64,000 bases of DNA from an uncultured Candidatus Saccharibacteria bacterium (GTDB lineage Bacteria; Patescibacteriota; WWE3; UBA101185; UBA10185): assembly GCA_964385105.1 (NCBI GenBank), contig CAYLMU010000002.1, forward strand, positions 186,583 to 250,582. Direction: 5' to 3'. The notes under the pieces were generated by a model that had not been told where the DNA came from, did not search any database, and saw only the letters and a list, made by a program, of their open reading frames with translations. The translations under genes were made by a program, and so were the position numbers. This document shows positions 19,559-30,414 of this stretch, in pieces; positions within the stretch are counted from its first letter, which is position 1; each line of letters opens with the position of its first letter.

Positions 19559-20673
19559 TTTATTGAATTTAAAGCATTGTGAGCTTCTTTTAGATTTTTA
19601 TTGTAGAATACTGCCTTTTCATATTCTTCACGTGCAGCCTCAATATTCCCTTGTTTTTTATAAATATCTCCTCTTAAAACATAAAGTTCAGAAAACGCTT
19701 TATTTCCATTATTTAAAATGTTGTCTGTAATTTCAAAAACCCGTTCATAATCATTTAACTCATAATATGATTTAATGGGTTCAATCTGATACCACAACGT
19801 TCTTTTTGACAAACTTGTCTCAACTTTTTCAAATTCTTCAACCGATTTTTCGTACTCGCCAATGTTGTACAGTGCCACTGATAAGTTAAACCTCATATCT
19901 GTATCAGTAGAATTTTGATTTAGCTCTTTTTGTATATTTTCAACTGCACGTTCCCAAGACTTTTCAAATTCTGCATCATCGCCTAAAATTTCTTGTGCAA
20001 TTTGTTCTTTTTCTTTTGGGACTAATACTAAGTACTCAAAATTAAACTTTTTCCAAATGGCGTTAAAATCATCATACTTGTACCATAAATTCTTTCCCTG
20101 CAATGAGTCATCCTGCACTAATTCTCCTCTTGAATCATCATATCCTTTTATTATTCTGTAATGGCCAATATCATCATCAACTTTAAGCCAAGTTCTTGCA
20201 ATTACGGGTATATCATTTGCAATAAAAAGTTTAATTATGTCAATATTTCCGTTTGGACGCCTATAGGCCAGTAAATCATACTCTTCTGCTTTTTTTGCTA
20301 CTTCTTCAAGTGTTACTGACTTATCATCATTATCTCCCTGCGGATTTTGATATGGTCTTAGCTGTTCGCCGAGTTCTTGCTGAGTTACATTAATACCGTA
20401 GTATGAAAGTGCCATAGACATCGCAGCCGGTCCGCAGTTGTTAAATGTTTGAAAAATGTGATAATTATTATTCAATACTTTTCTGGATGGAATTTCTTTG
20501 TATACAGGTTCATTGTTATTTGACTGGGTATTTGTTTTGACCTGTACCGGTATAACCGGTTCCTGCAATATTTCTATATTTTTGTATGTGTTTTGTAACT
20601 GCGGATATTGCCACCACACAACTCCCAAAGACAATGCCGCTGCAATCACAATAAATATCAGCTTTTTATTCAT
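19555..20673 (-). CDS. Secreted/anchored peptidase C39-like domain protein with C-terminal TPR repeats
   Basis: Signal/TM, FNNCGPAAMSMALSYYG (C39-like Cys) and IGHYRIIKGYDD (His); C-terminal TPR-like helices (YKKQGNIEAAREEYEKAVFYN). Confidence 0.55.
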   Translation of the reverse strand: MNKKLIFIVIAAALSLGVVWWQYPQLQNTYKNIEILQEPVIPVQVKTNTQSNNNEPVYKEIPSRKVLNNNYHIFQTFNNCGPAAMSMALSYYGINVTQQELGEQLRPYQNPQGDNDDKSVTLEEVAKKAEEYDLLAYRRPNGNIDIIKLFIANDIPVIARTWLKVDDDIGHYRIIKGYDDSRGELVQDDSLQGKNLWYKYDDFNAIWKKFNFEYLVLVPKEKEQIAQEILGDDAEFEKSWERAVENIQKELNQNSTDTDMRFNLSVALYNIGEYEKSVEEFEKVETSLSKRTLWYQIEPIKSYYELNDYERVFEITDNILNNGNKAFSELYVLRGDIYKKQGNIEAAREEYEKAVFYNKNLKEAHNALNSIN

Positions 20674-20683
20674 TAGGTGTATT

Positions 20684-22267
20684 CTACCTCAGCGGTAGTT
20701 TAAAGAAAAATTCAGAACCTTCGTCTTTTTTACTCTCAACCCAAATTTTTCCCTTATGCCTTTTTATTATTTCCGAAGATATATAAAGCCCTAAACCCAT
20801 GCCTCCATAGGTGTCGGTTGTTCTACCCTTTTCTCTATAAAATCGATCAAATATTTTGTTTTGATTATTTTTTGAAATACCAATTCCAAAATCCTGTACG
20901 CTGAATGTAAAACTTGTGCGGCTGGTTTTTGTTTTAATAATCACATCCCCACCATTAGGTGAATATTTTATAGCATTAGTCATAAAATTAATTATTACCT
21001 GTCCTATTCGGTCTCTATCGGCAAAAACTTCTTTTGTTTCATCGAGTCGTGTAATTAAACGATGATTATTTGTTGTTCGTTGAACTTCTTCTGTTATCTC
21101 ATAAATAAGATCGTTTAAATCAAACTTTGATTTTCTAAAAAGTAGTTTTCCTTTTTCTATTTTATTTATATCAAGCAAATCTGAAATTAATGTGGTGAGT
21201 TTGGTAAGTTGGGCATCCATTTTGTTTAATAAATCAGCGGATGCAGAATCGCCGCTTTTTTCAAACCTTTTTTGTAAAACCTGTGTGTAGGCTTTTATGC
21301 TTGTTACCGGCGTTTTTAGTTCATGCGAAGCAATTGATATAAAATCATCTCTTAAAGTTATGGCTGCAAGTGAATCAGAGTATAGTCGAGAGTTTTCAAT
21401 TGCAAGAGCAGTTCTTCTTGCTACCTCTTCAGCTGTGGTTAAGTCAGACTTGTTGTAATTCCGGCCGCCGTCTAAAGTAAAAAATACAAAAACTCCAAAA
21501 ACCTTTTTTCTTATTCTAAGCGGAACACACATAAAGGAGTTAATACTCATTTTTGGAAACAGGTTTTTCTTTAACTTTGTTAATTCAGGTATTATTAACG
21601 ATTTATCACTATTCATGACTTTAAATATGTTAAAAGTATCTTCAACACGTTTTGGCATATCTCTTAGCATTTTTTCTGTAAATTTATCTTTTTTTAATTT
21701 GTTATATGAAATTGATGAAACTACAAGCCTCTCATTATCATAAATATAAATGATGCAGCAGTCTGCCATATGCGGAACTGCAATATTTGAAATCTTTTTT
21801 AGTGTAATATTGTTATTTAACGATGAAGCAACTATTTTACTAACATCAGCTAAAAATTTTGTGTTAATATCATTATTTTTTCTTTCGGTAATATCTCTAA
21901 ACACAGTAACAATCATTTGCGGAACACCCTGACTGTCGGTCACCAATGTTCCGGTACCTTCCAAAGTTAAATATTCACCGTTTTTATGTAAATATTGAAT
22001 GGTTATTGCACTTGAACCATATTTTATAGTTTTCATGAACTGTTTTTGTGCTTCTTCAATATGTGCAGGGTGTACAAGTGAAAAAGCATTCATACTTAGC
22101 ATTTCGTCCTTTTTATATCCTAAGACCTTAAGGTGAGAAGGATTAACATACAAAAAATTTCCTTGTAAATCTACAAGCGTAACCAGGTCATGCGTGCTTT
22201 CAAGTATTAATTTGTGAAGATTCTTGTTATATAAAAGTGAGTGTTTATTTTGATGAATTGTAACCAT
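20684..22267 (-). CDS. Cytoplasmic sensor histidine kinase (PAS + GAF + HisKA + HATPase_c)
   Basis: H-box SIASHELKTPVTSIKAY, N box IINFMTNAIKYS, G boxes DFGIGI, GMGLGLYI; no TM. Confidence 0.8.
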   Translation of the reverse strand: MVTIHQNKHSLLYNKNLHKLILESTHDLVTLVDLQGNFLYVNPSHLKVLGYKKDEMLSMNAFSLVHPAHIEEAQKQFMKTIKYGSSAITIQYLHKNGEYLTLEGTGTLVTDSQGVPQMIVTVFRDITERKNNDINTKFLADVSKIVASSLNNNITLKKISNIAVPHMADCCIIYIYDNERLVVSSISYNKLKKDKFTEKMLRDMPKRVEDTFNIFKVMNSDKSLIIPELTKLKKNLFPKMSINSFMCVPLRIRKKVFGVFVFFTLDGGRNYNKSDLTTAEEVARRTALAIENSRLYSDSLAAITLRDDFISIASHELKTPVTSIKAYTQVLQKRFEKSGDSASADLLNKMDAQLTKLTTLISDLLDINKIEKGKLLFRKSKFDLNDLIYEITEEVQRTTNNHRLITRLDETKEVFADRDRIGQVIINFMTNAIKYSPNGGDVIIKTKTSRTSFTFSVQDFGIGISKNNQNKIFDRFYREKGRTTDTYGGMGLGLYISSEIIKRHKGKIWVESKKDEGSEFFFKLPLR

Positions 22268-22934
22268 AAAATATATAGTTGTCGGCTATAGACGGATACT
22301 TTATCTTTTTAAGATTTACATTTTTCATATATAACTTCAACTTGTCTTCAAACTGGTTAATTATTTCCTCTTTATCTTTATATACTATTCTGTTAAATAT
22401 AACCAGCCCATTATCAGCACATAGCTCAAAAATGTTTGATAATAAACTGTTACCTATAGCCTCAGGATATTCCCCTCCAATATAAGTGTCTACTATTATG
22501 CAATCAAATTTGTTTAAAATATCAAATTTGCCTGAATTTTCTAATATTTCAGCAGCATCGGTGTTTATAATCTTAAGGTTACTTGATTCGGCTATATTAA
22601 AGTATCTACGGGCTATTTTAATAATTACTTCATCAATTTCAACCGCTGTAATTTTTGCAGCTGGGTACTTCTCATTTAATAAATGGAGCATTGTACCGCC
22701 GCCCATACCCAAAACTAAAATGTTATTTAAGTTAGGCTTGTTCTCAATAATAATTTTAACTACTTGACCCCACACCTTATTTTTTGCAAAACCCGAATTA
22801 TCATTAAATGACTGTACAAACCCATTTACTATAAGTTTTGTTGTATTTCCATATTTAATAACTTTTATGTCATTACTATATTGCGAACTGCCTTCGTATA
22901 AAATTTGAGGGAGTAAATTTTTAAGAATACTCAT
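22245..22934 (-). CDS. Spermidine-synthase-like class I methyltransferase-fold protein
   Basis: LVLGMGGGTMLHLL...VEIDEVIIKIARRYF resembles the SpeE / PABS fold. Confidence 0.45.
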   Translation of the reverse strand: MSILKNLLPQILYEGSSQYSNDIKVIKYGNTTKLIVNGFVQSFNDNSGFAKNKVWGQVVKIIIENKPNLNNILVLGMGGGTMLHLLNEKYPAAKITAVEIDEVIIKIARRYFNIAESSNLKIINTDAAEILENSGKFDILNKFDCIIVDTYIGGEYPEAIGNSLLSNIFELCADNGLVIFNRIVYKDKEEIINQFEDKLKLYMKNVNLKKIKYPSIADNYIFYGYNSSK

Positions 22935-22954
22935 GTGTGTAATAATACTATTTA

Positions 22955-23827
22955 ATGCAAGTACATGACATAAGGCAATCTAAAAAATGGTCTGAGTATT
23001 TATCGATGTATAATTGGAACTCGATTGAGCTTGATAACGGGATTATTTTAAGGTCTATACCTGTGTACATATTTAAATTGGCAAAATGCCAGCGTCCTAG
23101 GCCATTTACAGATAAAGACCTAACTATTATTGAAGACGTATGCAAAAAAAATAAAATTTTATATTTAACAATTTTCCCGCACCAACAACAAAATGAGGAT
23201 GTTTTTTTGCAAATGGGCTATAAACCAACAAAAAACCTTGATGTACCGGTAAAAACAATGTTTATTGATTTAACATTAAGTGAAGATGTACTTTGGAAAA
23301 ATTTATCTTCGAAATGTCGTTATTCTATAAAACGAAGTGAAAAAGATAAGGTTCACATTGAGTTTATTCGTAATCCTGATGCTGAACAAATTAAAAAATT
23401 TTACAATGTAGTTAATAATCGAGGAAAAAGCAAAAAATTTTATGTTCAAAGCCTTAAAGATTACTACAAAAAGGGTGAAGTATTTGGTGATGAGGCATAC
23501 ATTGTAAATGCTTATACTCAAGATGGTTTGTTGGGTTCAAAAATGTTTCTTGGGCATAATAAATGTGTGTGGTACATGTACGCCGGAACCACACCAATAG
23601 GCCAAAAATACCAGTCAGGATATAAAATGATGTGGGAATCTATACTATACTTTAAAAAGTTGGGGTATGAAACTATGGATCTCGAAGGATTAGCAGATGA
23701 TAGAGTTCCAGCATTTTATAATCGTATGTTGGGATTTTCTGCATTTAAGCAGAAATTTGGGGGTGAAATTATAGAATTTCCTCTTCCCTACTCAAAAAGG
23801 TTAAAAATTTATAATAATCTCTTCTAA
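22955..23827 (+). CDS. FemAB-family aminoacyltransferase (peptidoglycan interpeptide-bridge type) / Acetyltransf_6-like
   Basis: CRYSIKRSEK..., WYMYAGTT, YKMMWESILYFKKLGYETMDLEG fit the FemABX pattern. Confidence 0.55.
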   Translation: MQVHDIRQSKKWSEYLSMYNWNSIELDNGIILRSIPVYIFKLAKCQRPRPFTDKDLTIIEDVCKKNKILYLTIFPHQQQNEDVFLQMGYKPTKNLDVPVKTMFIDLTLSEDVLWKNLSSKCRYSIKRSEKDKVHIEFIRNPDAEQIKKFYNVVNNRGKSKKFYVQSLKDYYKKGEVFGDEAYIVNAYTQDGLLGSKMFLGHNKCVWYMYAGTTPIGQKYQSGYKMMWESILYFKKLGYETMDLEGLADDRVPAFYNRMLGFSAFKQKFGGEIIEFPLPYSKRLKIYNNLF

Positions 23828-24616
23828 CATCTTTTTCTCTGTTTCGGTTTCAATAATTGCCCTAATAGAAAGATATTTTTCAATTCCCGAGCCTTTTACT
23901 TTTTGTTTTAATAACTCATCAACTTGAAATATTCCTGCCGAATTATGCATTGTGATTAAAATCTCAACAGGATTCTGTTTACCTTCACGTATTTCAACCT
24001 TTTGAACAGCTTCTGCCGATAATTCATAAATTGAAATATGGCCGCTTTCAAACGGAACCCGTGCCCTGCCTTCAGACATATCAAGCGCATCTGCTACCCT
24101 GACAATGCCTGCTTCAACAGTATATGGATGCCCGTTTTTTCTATGACCGATGATTGCATGAAGTGTTTCTGAAATTACAATGGTTCTCTCTTCAACTGGC
24201 ATAAAGTGCAGTAGTTCACGCAATAAATTATTTACTAGCACTATGCTAAATTCTTCATGCCCGATTCTGTGAACAGACATTCCCATATCGTGCAGAATTC
24301 CGGCCAAAAAAATTACCAGCTCACCATGTTCTCTACTTAATCCAAAGTCTTTTTCTATAGAAAGTTCAATTTCGTTTTTTGCAAAAATTCTTGCTATTCT
24401 TAATGCACTATTTGCTACGATTTGAACATGAACAATTCCATGATCACTCATGTGCATACGATCTATAGCATTCACGTTTATAACCTTCCATAGTGTGTGA
24501 ACTTCTACATTATTATTTATTTCATTGAGAACCTTTGTTAGTAAATCGTTATGTTCGGCAGGCACATACAATAGCTTTAGTTCTGATTTATTTTTCACCC
24601 GGATATCATAACACAA
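23801..24616 (-). CDS. HD-domain metal-dependent phosphohydrolase
   Basis: HD motif region LAGILHDMGMSVHRIGHEEFS and upstream HGIVHVQ histidines. Confidence 0.5.
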   Translation of the reverse strand: MCYDIRVKNKSELKLLYVPAEHNDLLTKVLNEINNNVEVHTLWKVINVNAIDRMHMSDHGIVHVQIVANSALRIARIFAKNEIELSIEKDFGLSREHGELVIFLAGILHDMGMSVHRIGHEEFSIVLVNNLLRELLHFMPVEERTIVISETLHAIIGHRKNGHPYTVEAGIVRVADALDMSEGRARVPFESGHISIYELSAEAVQKVEIREGKQNPVEILITMHNSAGIFQVDELLKQKVKGSGIEKYLSIRAIIETETEKKMLEEIIINF

Positions 24617-24744
24617 ATTGGAATTAATTTACAATCTTGCTTTTTATTTTAATTCTAATAATAGGTAATTTATGTAAATCCAGCATAGTGTGCTATACTC
24701 TTGTTTGTGATCGTTCGAAATAGATAAAGCATATTAACCTTGTC

Positions 24745-25980
24745 GTGTCTTTTTCTCTTTTGCACAACTCACCAAATATAAAAATGTATAAAAAAAAGTA
24801 CAGGCCAAAATATGGACGTTCTTATAACGCGCCACGAAAAGGCTACAAAAAACAATATAATAGAGGGTATAGTCATACCGGCATAACACGAGAAACCTAT
24901 ATATCAGAGGGTGAAAAATATGTACCTGATTCTATTTATAATACCGACAAGACATTTGATGATTTTAATTTAAACAACTTGTTGAAAAACAATATAAATA
25001 ATCGAAATTACAAGAATCCCACTAAAATACAATCTATAGCTATACCAGAAATACTTAATCAAAAAGACATTTTAGCAATAGCAAGCACAGGTTCAGGAAA
25101 AACCGCGTCATTTTTAATTCCGCTAATTAACAAAAATTTAAATGATTCAAAGCAAAGGTGTTTAATAATAGTACCAACGAGAGAATTAGCTCATCAAATT
25201 CAACAGGAACTACGACAGTTCACAAAAAATTTAGGATTACGTGATGTTGTAATTATAGGTGGAGCCAGTATGAGAGACCAGATTATGATTTTAAACAAAA
25301 ACCCTCAGTTTGTAATCGCTACACCGGGCAGACTTTTAGATTTATACAAACGTAACAAGATTAATCTCGCAAGTTTTAATAATGTTGTATTAGATGAAGT
25401 AGATAGAATGCTTGATATGGGGTTTGTACATGATATAAAAACAATAATTTCCAAACTAAATTCTAATAAGCATACGATGTTTTTTTCAGCAACCTTAAAC
25501 AATGAGGCTGAAACCATAGCAAATTCGATTTTAAAAAATCCTGCAAAAATACAAATTGCACCACAACAGGCACACAAATATGTTGATCAAAATATTGTTA
25601 GAGTAAAAGGCTCTGAAAATAAGGTTGATGTTCTTCATAAGTTATTGATTAAAGAAGAATTTGAAAAAGTATTAATATTTTCAAGAACCAAAAAAGGTGC
25701 AGATATAGTTTCTTATGAACTCAAACAGCGCGGCTTAAAAACCGACTCATTGCACGGAGACAAACCAATGGGTAAGCGAACAAAAGTATTAAAAATGTTT
25801 AAACAAGGAGATATTAATATATTGGTGGCTACAGATGTGGCGTCACGTGGTATTGATGTACCCGATATTACTCACGTTATTAATTATGATGAGCCGGCTA
25901 CAAAAGAAGATTACATTCACCGTATAGGCAGAACGGGTAGAATCGGAAGAAAAGGTGTTGCACTAACGTTTGTTAAATAG
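24745..25980 (+). CDS. DEAD-box ATP-dependent RNA helicase
   Basis: Q motif/PTKIQ, motif I ASTGSGKTASF, Ia PTRELA, II DEVDRML, III SAT, VI HRIGRTGRIGRKG. The basic N-terminal tail means the start could be the Met at 24784. Confidence 0.85.
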   Translation: MSFSLLHNSPNIKMYKKKYRPKYGRSYNAPRKGYKKQYNRGYSHTGITRETYISEGEKYVPDSIYNTDKTFDDFNLNNLLKNNINNRNYKNPTKIQSIAIPEILNQKDILAIASTGSGKTASFLIPLINKNLNDSKQRCLIIVPTRELAHQIQQELRQFTKNLGLRDVVIIGGASMRDQIMILNKNPQFVIATPGRLLDLYKRNKINLASFNNVVLDEVDRMLDMGFVHDIKTIISKLNSNKHTMFFSATLNNEAETIANSILKNPAKIQIAPQQAHKYVDQNIVRVKGSENKVDVLHKLLIKEEFEKVLIFSRTKKGADIVSYELKQRGLKTDSLHGDKPMGKRTKVLKMFKQGDINILVATDVASRGIDVPDITHVINYDEPATKEDYIHRIGRTGRIGRKGVALTFVK

Positions 25981-25985
25981 TAAAT

Positions 25986-27086
25986 TTGTTAAAATATATT
26001 GTAATGAAAATTGCATTACTTATTATTCCACTTTTGGCAATTGCGGCATTGAGTTATAAAAGTGGTGTATTAGAAGAATTTACTAAAACCTCACCAATTG
26101 TTACAACTGAGGAGATCAGAGAAGCTATACCTGATGAAATAATTAAACCCTATGTTTCACCCATTAGTATTGAGCGCCTTCGTGGCATGAATTTTAAAGG
26201 CAGCGACATAACAATTGAACAAAAACTTTCAAATGGGTCGAATTATGAACAATACATTGCCAGCTACATAAGTGAAGGTAATAAAATATACGGATTACTT
26301 ACTATTCCAATTTCACAACCACCTGAAGGCGGTTTTCAAGCAATTATATTTAATCATGGCTACATACCTCCACACCAATATGTTACAACAGAGAAATATT
26401 TAGCTTATGTTGATACACTGGCAAGAAATGGATTTGTTGTGTTTAAAATCGATCTTCGTGGTCATGGTAATTCCGAAGGTGCTCCAACAGGATCATATTT
26501 TTCACCGGCTTATACCATTGATGCGATTAATGCGCTAAAAAGCTTACAACGGCATAAAAGTGTGAATCCTGAAAGAATTGGTATGTGGGGACACAGCATG
26601 AGCGGAAACCTGTTATTAAGAGCTATGCTTGTGAATGAAGATGTTAAAGCAGGTGTTATCTGGGCAGGAGCAGTATACAGCTATGAAGATTTTGCAAAGT
26701 ATGGAATAAGTGATAATAGCTACACACCACGTCGACCTGATTCTGAAGAAGAAAACGAACGTGAGGCAGAAAGAAATCGTGAAAATTCACCACAAGTGCA
26801 GGATTTGAGAAGAAATCCCGAAAAACTTGATTTTAATGATGATTTTTGGACAAGTATTTCGTTAACAAAAAATTTAAATTATATTTCAGGGCCAGTACAA
26901 ATTCATCATGCCGTTAATGATAATGTTGTGAATATTGCATATTCGCGAGACCTAGCGCAAGCTTTTAAATCTCAAGGCAAAGCTGTTGAACTGTATGAAT
27001 ATAATGGGGGTGGTCATAATATAGAATCACCATATTTTGAAACTGCTATGCAACGAACCGTTGAGTTTTTCAAAAATAACCTTTAA
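25986..27086 (+). CDS. Secreted alpha/beta hydrolase (dienelactone-hydrolase/S9-like fold)
   Basis: Signal/TM, nucleophile elbow GMWGHSMSGN, HGN oxyanion region; paralog of 38877..39950. Confidence 0.6.
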   Translation: MLKYIVMKIALLIIPLLAIAALSYKSGVLEEFTKTSPIVTTEEIREAIPDEIIKPYVSPISIERLRGMNFKGSDITIEQKLSNGSNYEQYIASYISEGNKIYGLLTIPISQPPEGGFQAIIFNHGYIPPHQYVTTEKYLAYVDTLARNGFVVFKIDLRGHGNSEGAPTGSYFSPAYTIDAINALKSLQRHKSVNPERIGMWGHSMSGNLLLRAMLVNEDVKAGVIWAGAVYSYEDFAKYGISDNSYTPRRPDSEEENEREAERNRENSPQVQDLRRNPEKLDFNDDFWTSISLTKNLNYISGPVQIHHAVNDNVVNIAYSRDLAQAFKSQGKAVELYEYNGGGHNIESPYFETAMQRTVEFFKNNL

Positions 27087-27116
27087 GTGATACAACGTTT
27101 AAATTTTAACTTAAAA

Positions 27117-27731
27117 TTAAAATCCAATAGCCTCTTTTACAATAATCATGTTAATACGATTTGGCCGTGTTTCTTCGTTAATAATGAGTACTTTGCTAAC
27201 ATTACTACCCTCAACGCCGTATGCTTCTTTAGCACGTTCAGATTCCAACGGCAATGAATGCTCGTATATGCGTTTGAAGCCTTGTTCAAGGTTATTCACG
27301 ATTTTTTGCGAACCAACAATAAAAAGTACATTTAGAGCTCCATATGCATAAGCTGGTAATTGACTTCCTGTGTTTGAAGCAATAATAATTTCACCTTGTT
27401 CTGTTACTGCATGAACACTACCCACAGCCCATTCCGGTGCAGAACCCAAACTTTTCATTTGTTTTTCATCAGTCTCACGATTTAATTTATTTAAAGTATT
27501 TCTAACCATTTTATAGTTTCGTGAGTTATATAGCTCGTCAGTTAAACCTATTTGAGCCAAGGTGACTGATGTCATATCCATAATTTCAGACCCCTCCGGA
27601 ATAATATCTAATGCCAGTTTTTTTGCCTCTTCAAGGGATTCAGCAATATGCACATTCATATTATTATTTTCAAGATTAGATTTTGCATTTTGAATTTCAT
27701 TTTTGGCTGCTTCCTGATTCCATGTTGTCAT
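27117..27731 (-). CDS. LUD-domain (LutC-like, DUF162) protein
   Basis: Length and pattern (GSEI...; VLFIVGSQKIV; MIIV) match the LUD fold. Confidence 0.45.
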   Translation of the reverse strand: MTTWNQEAAKNEIQNAKSNLENNNMNVHIAESLEEAKKLALDIIPEGSEIMDMTSVTLAQIGLTDELYNSRNYKMVRNTLNKLNRETDEKQMKSLGSAPEWAVGSVHAVTEQGEIIIASNTGSQLPAYAYGALNVLFIVGSQKIVNNLEQGFKRIYEHSLPLESERAKEAYGVEGSNVSKVLIINEETRPNRINMIIVKEAIGF

Positions 27732-27926
27732 ATAAGCATTGTACCATTATAGTTTAAGGTTGGGGTAAGGGTTTGTTAACACTGTGTATGAGTTATTCTA
27801 ATTATTATTGAGATACATAATTGACTTCGGCTTTTTCGCTTTAATGGGCAAACTTATGGTATTTATTTAAACTAAATGACTCAAATAATGTATAATGACA
27901 TGCTGGCATACAAAAGCCGGGTTAAT

Positions 27927-29738
27927 ATGAAAATAAGAAACGTAGCCATAATTGCACATGTAGACCATGGAAAAACCACTATTGTTGATGGTTTGTTAAA
28001 GCAGTCCAAAACTTTTAGAGAGAATGAATCATTTATGTCCCAGGATTTAATTATGGACTCTAATGACCAGGAACGTGAACGTGGAATTACTATTTTAGCT
28101 AAAAACACGGCTGTTAAGTATAAAGATGTAAAAATAAATATAATTGACACCCCCGGACATGCTGATTTTGGCGGCGAAGTTGAAAGAACATTAAATATGG
28201 CTGATGGTGCCTTGTTAATTGTAGATGCTCAAGAAGGCTCCATGCCGCAAACTAAATTTGTTTTAAAAAAAGCTCTTGAGTTGAACTTAAAAATTATTGT
28301 AATCATTAACAAAATAGACAAACCCAACTCAAGAATTGAACACACTATTTCTAAACTTTCTGATTTATTTCTAGAACTCGCAACTCACGAAGATCAGCTC
28401 GAGTTTCCTGTTTTATTTGCCTCGGGAAAATCAGGAAAAGCTTGGGACAGTGTTCCAGGCGACTATAATGAAATTGCAGATTTTTCACCTATTTTCGAAG
28501 CAATAATAAGCTATGTACCTGAACCGGACGCAAATTTAGAAAAGGCATTTAGTATGCTTGTTACTACATTAGACTGGGATTCTTACAAAGGTAAATATGC
28601 AATTGGCAAAGTAAACAGCGGCACAGTAGTTTCGGGACAAAAAGTGCTTGTTATAAAAAATAATGGTTCTTCAACAAATGCAACAGTTGAAAAGGTTTAC
28701 GAGAATCAAGGATTAAAGCGTGCTGAACTTTCCCAAGGAAATTCAGGTGACATTATTGCAATAACCGGTATAAAAGATGCCGAAATTGGAGATACTCTAA
28801 CAGACCCTTCAATGCCACATGCGCTACCGACAATAAAAATAGAAGAGCCAACTTTGAGTATAACAATCGGGCCAAACACCTCACCGTTTGTAGGAAAAGA
28901 AGGTAAATTGCTCACAGGAAGGCAGATTTTAGAAAGAATTGAGCGTGAATTACAAACAAACGTTGCAATGAAGCTATCTATTTCACCTGAAGGTAAATAT
29001 GTAGTTTCAGGGCGAGGCGAGCTTCACTTGTCTGTGTTTTTAGAAACATTACGAAGAGAAGGTTTTGAACTTGAAGTCAGCAAACCTACAGTAATTGTTA
29101 AAGAAGAAAACGGTATTTCGGTAGAACCGGTGGAAGAATTAACAGTTGATGTTGATAACGAGTATGTTGGTGCAGTAAAAAGTGAAATCGGCAAACGAAG
29201 AGGTGTACTGGTCTTACAAGAAGAAATATCTTCAGATACAACAAGGTTGGTTTTTGAAATAACAACAAGAGGAATTTTAGGTTTGAGGGGGGCTTTGTTA
29301 ACACTCTCAAAAGGAACAGCCATTACCAGCTCGGTTTACTTAAGAAATGACCCGATTGGGTCACAAATGCAAAAGCTAAGAAAAGGCGTAATTATTGCGT
29401 CAAACACCGGAAAAGCCGTTCCATACGGGTTAGTAACCGCACAGACAAAAGGCCCTACTTTCATAAGCCCGCAAACTATGGTTTATGAAGGAATGATAGT
29501 AGGCTTAAATGGCCGTGACGAGGATATTGAAGTTAACGTCTGCAAAGAAAAGCAACTAACAAACAATAGGTCTGTTGGTGAAGAAGGAATTATTTTAACG
29601 CCTCCTGTTGAAATGAGCTTAGAGCAATGTTTAGGTTTTTTGGAGGACGATGAACTTTTAGAAATTACTCCAGAAAGCTTGAGGTTAAGAAAAAAGATTT
29701 TAGACACAAACGCCAGACGTAAAGCATCTAAAAACTAG
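27927..29738 (+). CDS. typA: Translational GTPase TypA/BipA
   Basis: G1 AHVDHGKTT, G3 DTPGHADFGGEVER, G4 NKIDK, then EF-G-like domains; ~600 aa. The internal Met at 27927 (MKIRNVAIIAHVDHGKTT) was chosen over the ORF-track start at 27876. Confidence 0.9.
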   Translation: MKIRNVAIIAHVDHGKTTIVDGLLKQSKTFRENESFMSQDLIMDSNDQERERGITILAKNTAVKYKDVKINIIDTPGHADFGGEVERTLNMADGALLIVDAQEGSMPQTKFVLKKALELNLKIIVIINKIDKPNSRIEHTISKLSDLFLELATHEDQLEFPVLFASGKSGKAWDSVPGDYNEIADFSPIFEAIISYVPEPDANLEKAFSMLVTTLDWDSYKGKYAIGKVNSGTVVSGQKVLVIKNNGSSTNATVEKVYENQGLKRAELSQGNSGDIIAITGIKDAEIGDTLTDPSMPHALPTIKIEEPTLSITIGPNTSPFVGKEGKLLTGRQILERIERELQTNVAMKLSISPEGKYVVSGRGELHLSVFLETLRREGFELEVSKPTVIVKEENGISVEPVEELTVDVDNEYVGAVKSEIGKRRGVLVLQEEISSDTTRLVFEITTRGILGLRGALLTLSKGTAITSSVYLRNDPIGSQMQKLRKGVIIASNTGKAVPYGLVTAQTKGPTFISPQTMVYEGMIVGLNGRDEDIEVNVCKEKQLTNNRSVGEEGIILTPPVEMSLEQCLGFLEDDELLEITPESLRLRKKILDTNARRKASKN

Positions 29739-29745
29739 TTAATTT

Positions 29746-30414
29746 TCAATCAATAGCCATATAAGTATATTGATTAAGCTGTTTTTTATATGTTTTCCAA
29801 TCAGGCAAATGTTTATTTAACAACGCATAAAACTTTTTTCCATGATTTGGCTCTATTAAGTGGCAAAATTCGTGAATAATCACATAATCAATACACTCAG
29901 AAGCTGTTTTTATTAATGAGTAATTAAAATTAATAACTCCATCACTTCTGCATTCACCCCATCTGCTTTTAGTCTTTTTAAACCCAATCTTAGGGGTACT
30001 TAAGCCATAAACATTAAAAATTTCAAATAATTCCAGACTTCTTGTTTCAACGTATTCAATGGCTTGCTTTTTTAGCCATAGTGAAAGAGTAGTATTTGCT
30101 GAAAACTGGTTGTTAATACGCGGATTTTTTATAATAATTTTATTCTCTATTATTTCAATACTTTCGCTATAACCAAACAATTGTTCTACTTGGTATTTTT
30201 TTCCTAAATATAAGCATGTATTTTTTGGTAATTGAGAATTTTTAATTAACTTTATTTTGGTATTAAGCCACCTTGATTTACTTTTAACGAAATCGTCAAT
30301 TTGTTGTGATGAGACGTGCATAGGCGCTTTAACAATAACTTCACAATTATTATTTATACTCAATGCAATAGATTTCTTTCTTTTTTTTGAGTACTTTATT
30401 TTATAATTATGCAT
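29746..30414 (-). CDS. YgjP/DUF45-family (SprT-like) zinc metallohydrolase
   Basis: HExxH as HEFCHLIEPNH near the C-terminus, typical of DUF45. Start taken at the Met whose ATG overlaps the upstream GIY-YIG stop (ATGCATAA). Confidence 0.6.
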   Translation of the reverse strand: MHNYKIKYSKKRKKSIALSINNNCEVIVKAPMHVSSQQIDDFVKSKSRWLNTKIKLIKNSQLPKNTCLYLGKKYQVEQLFGYSESIEIIENKIIIKNPRINNQFSANTTLSLWLKKQAIEYVETRSLELFEIFNVYGLSTPKIGFKKTKSRWGECRSDGVINFNYSLIKTASECIDYVIIHEFCHLIEPNHGKKFYALLNKHLPDWKTYKKQLNQYTYMAID

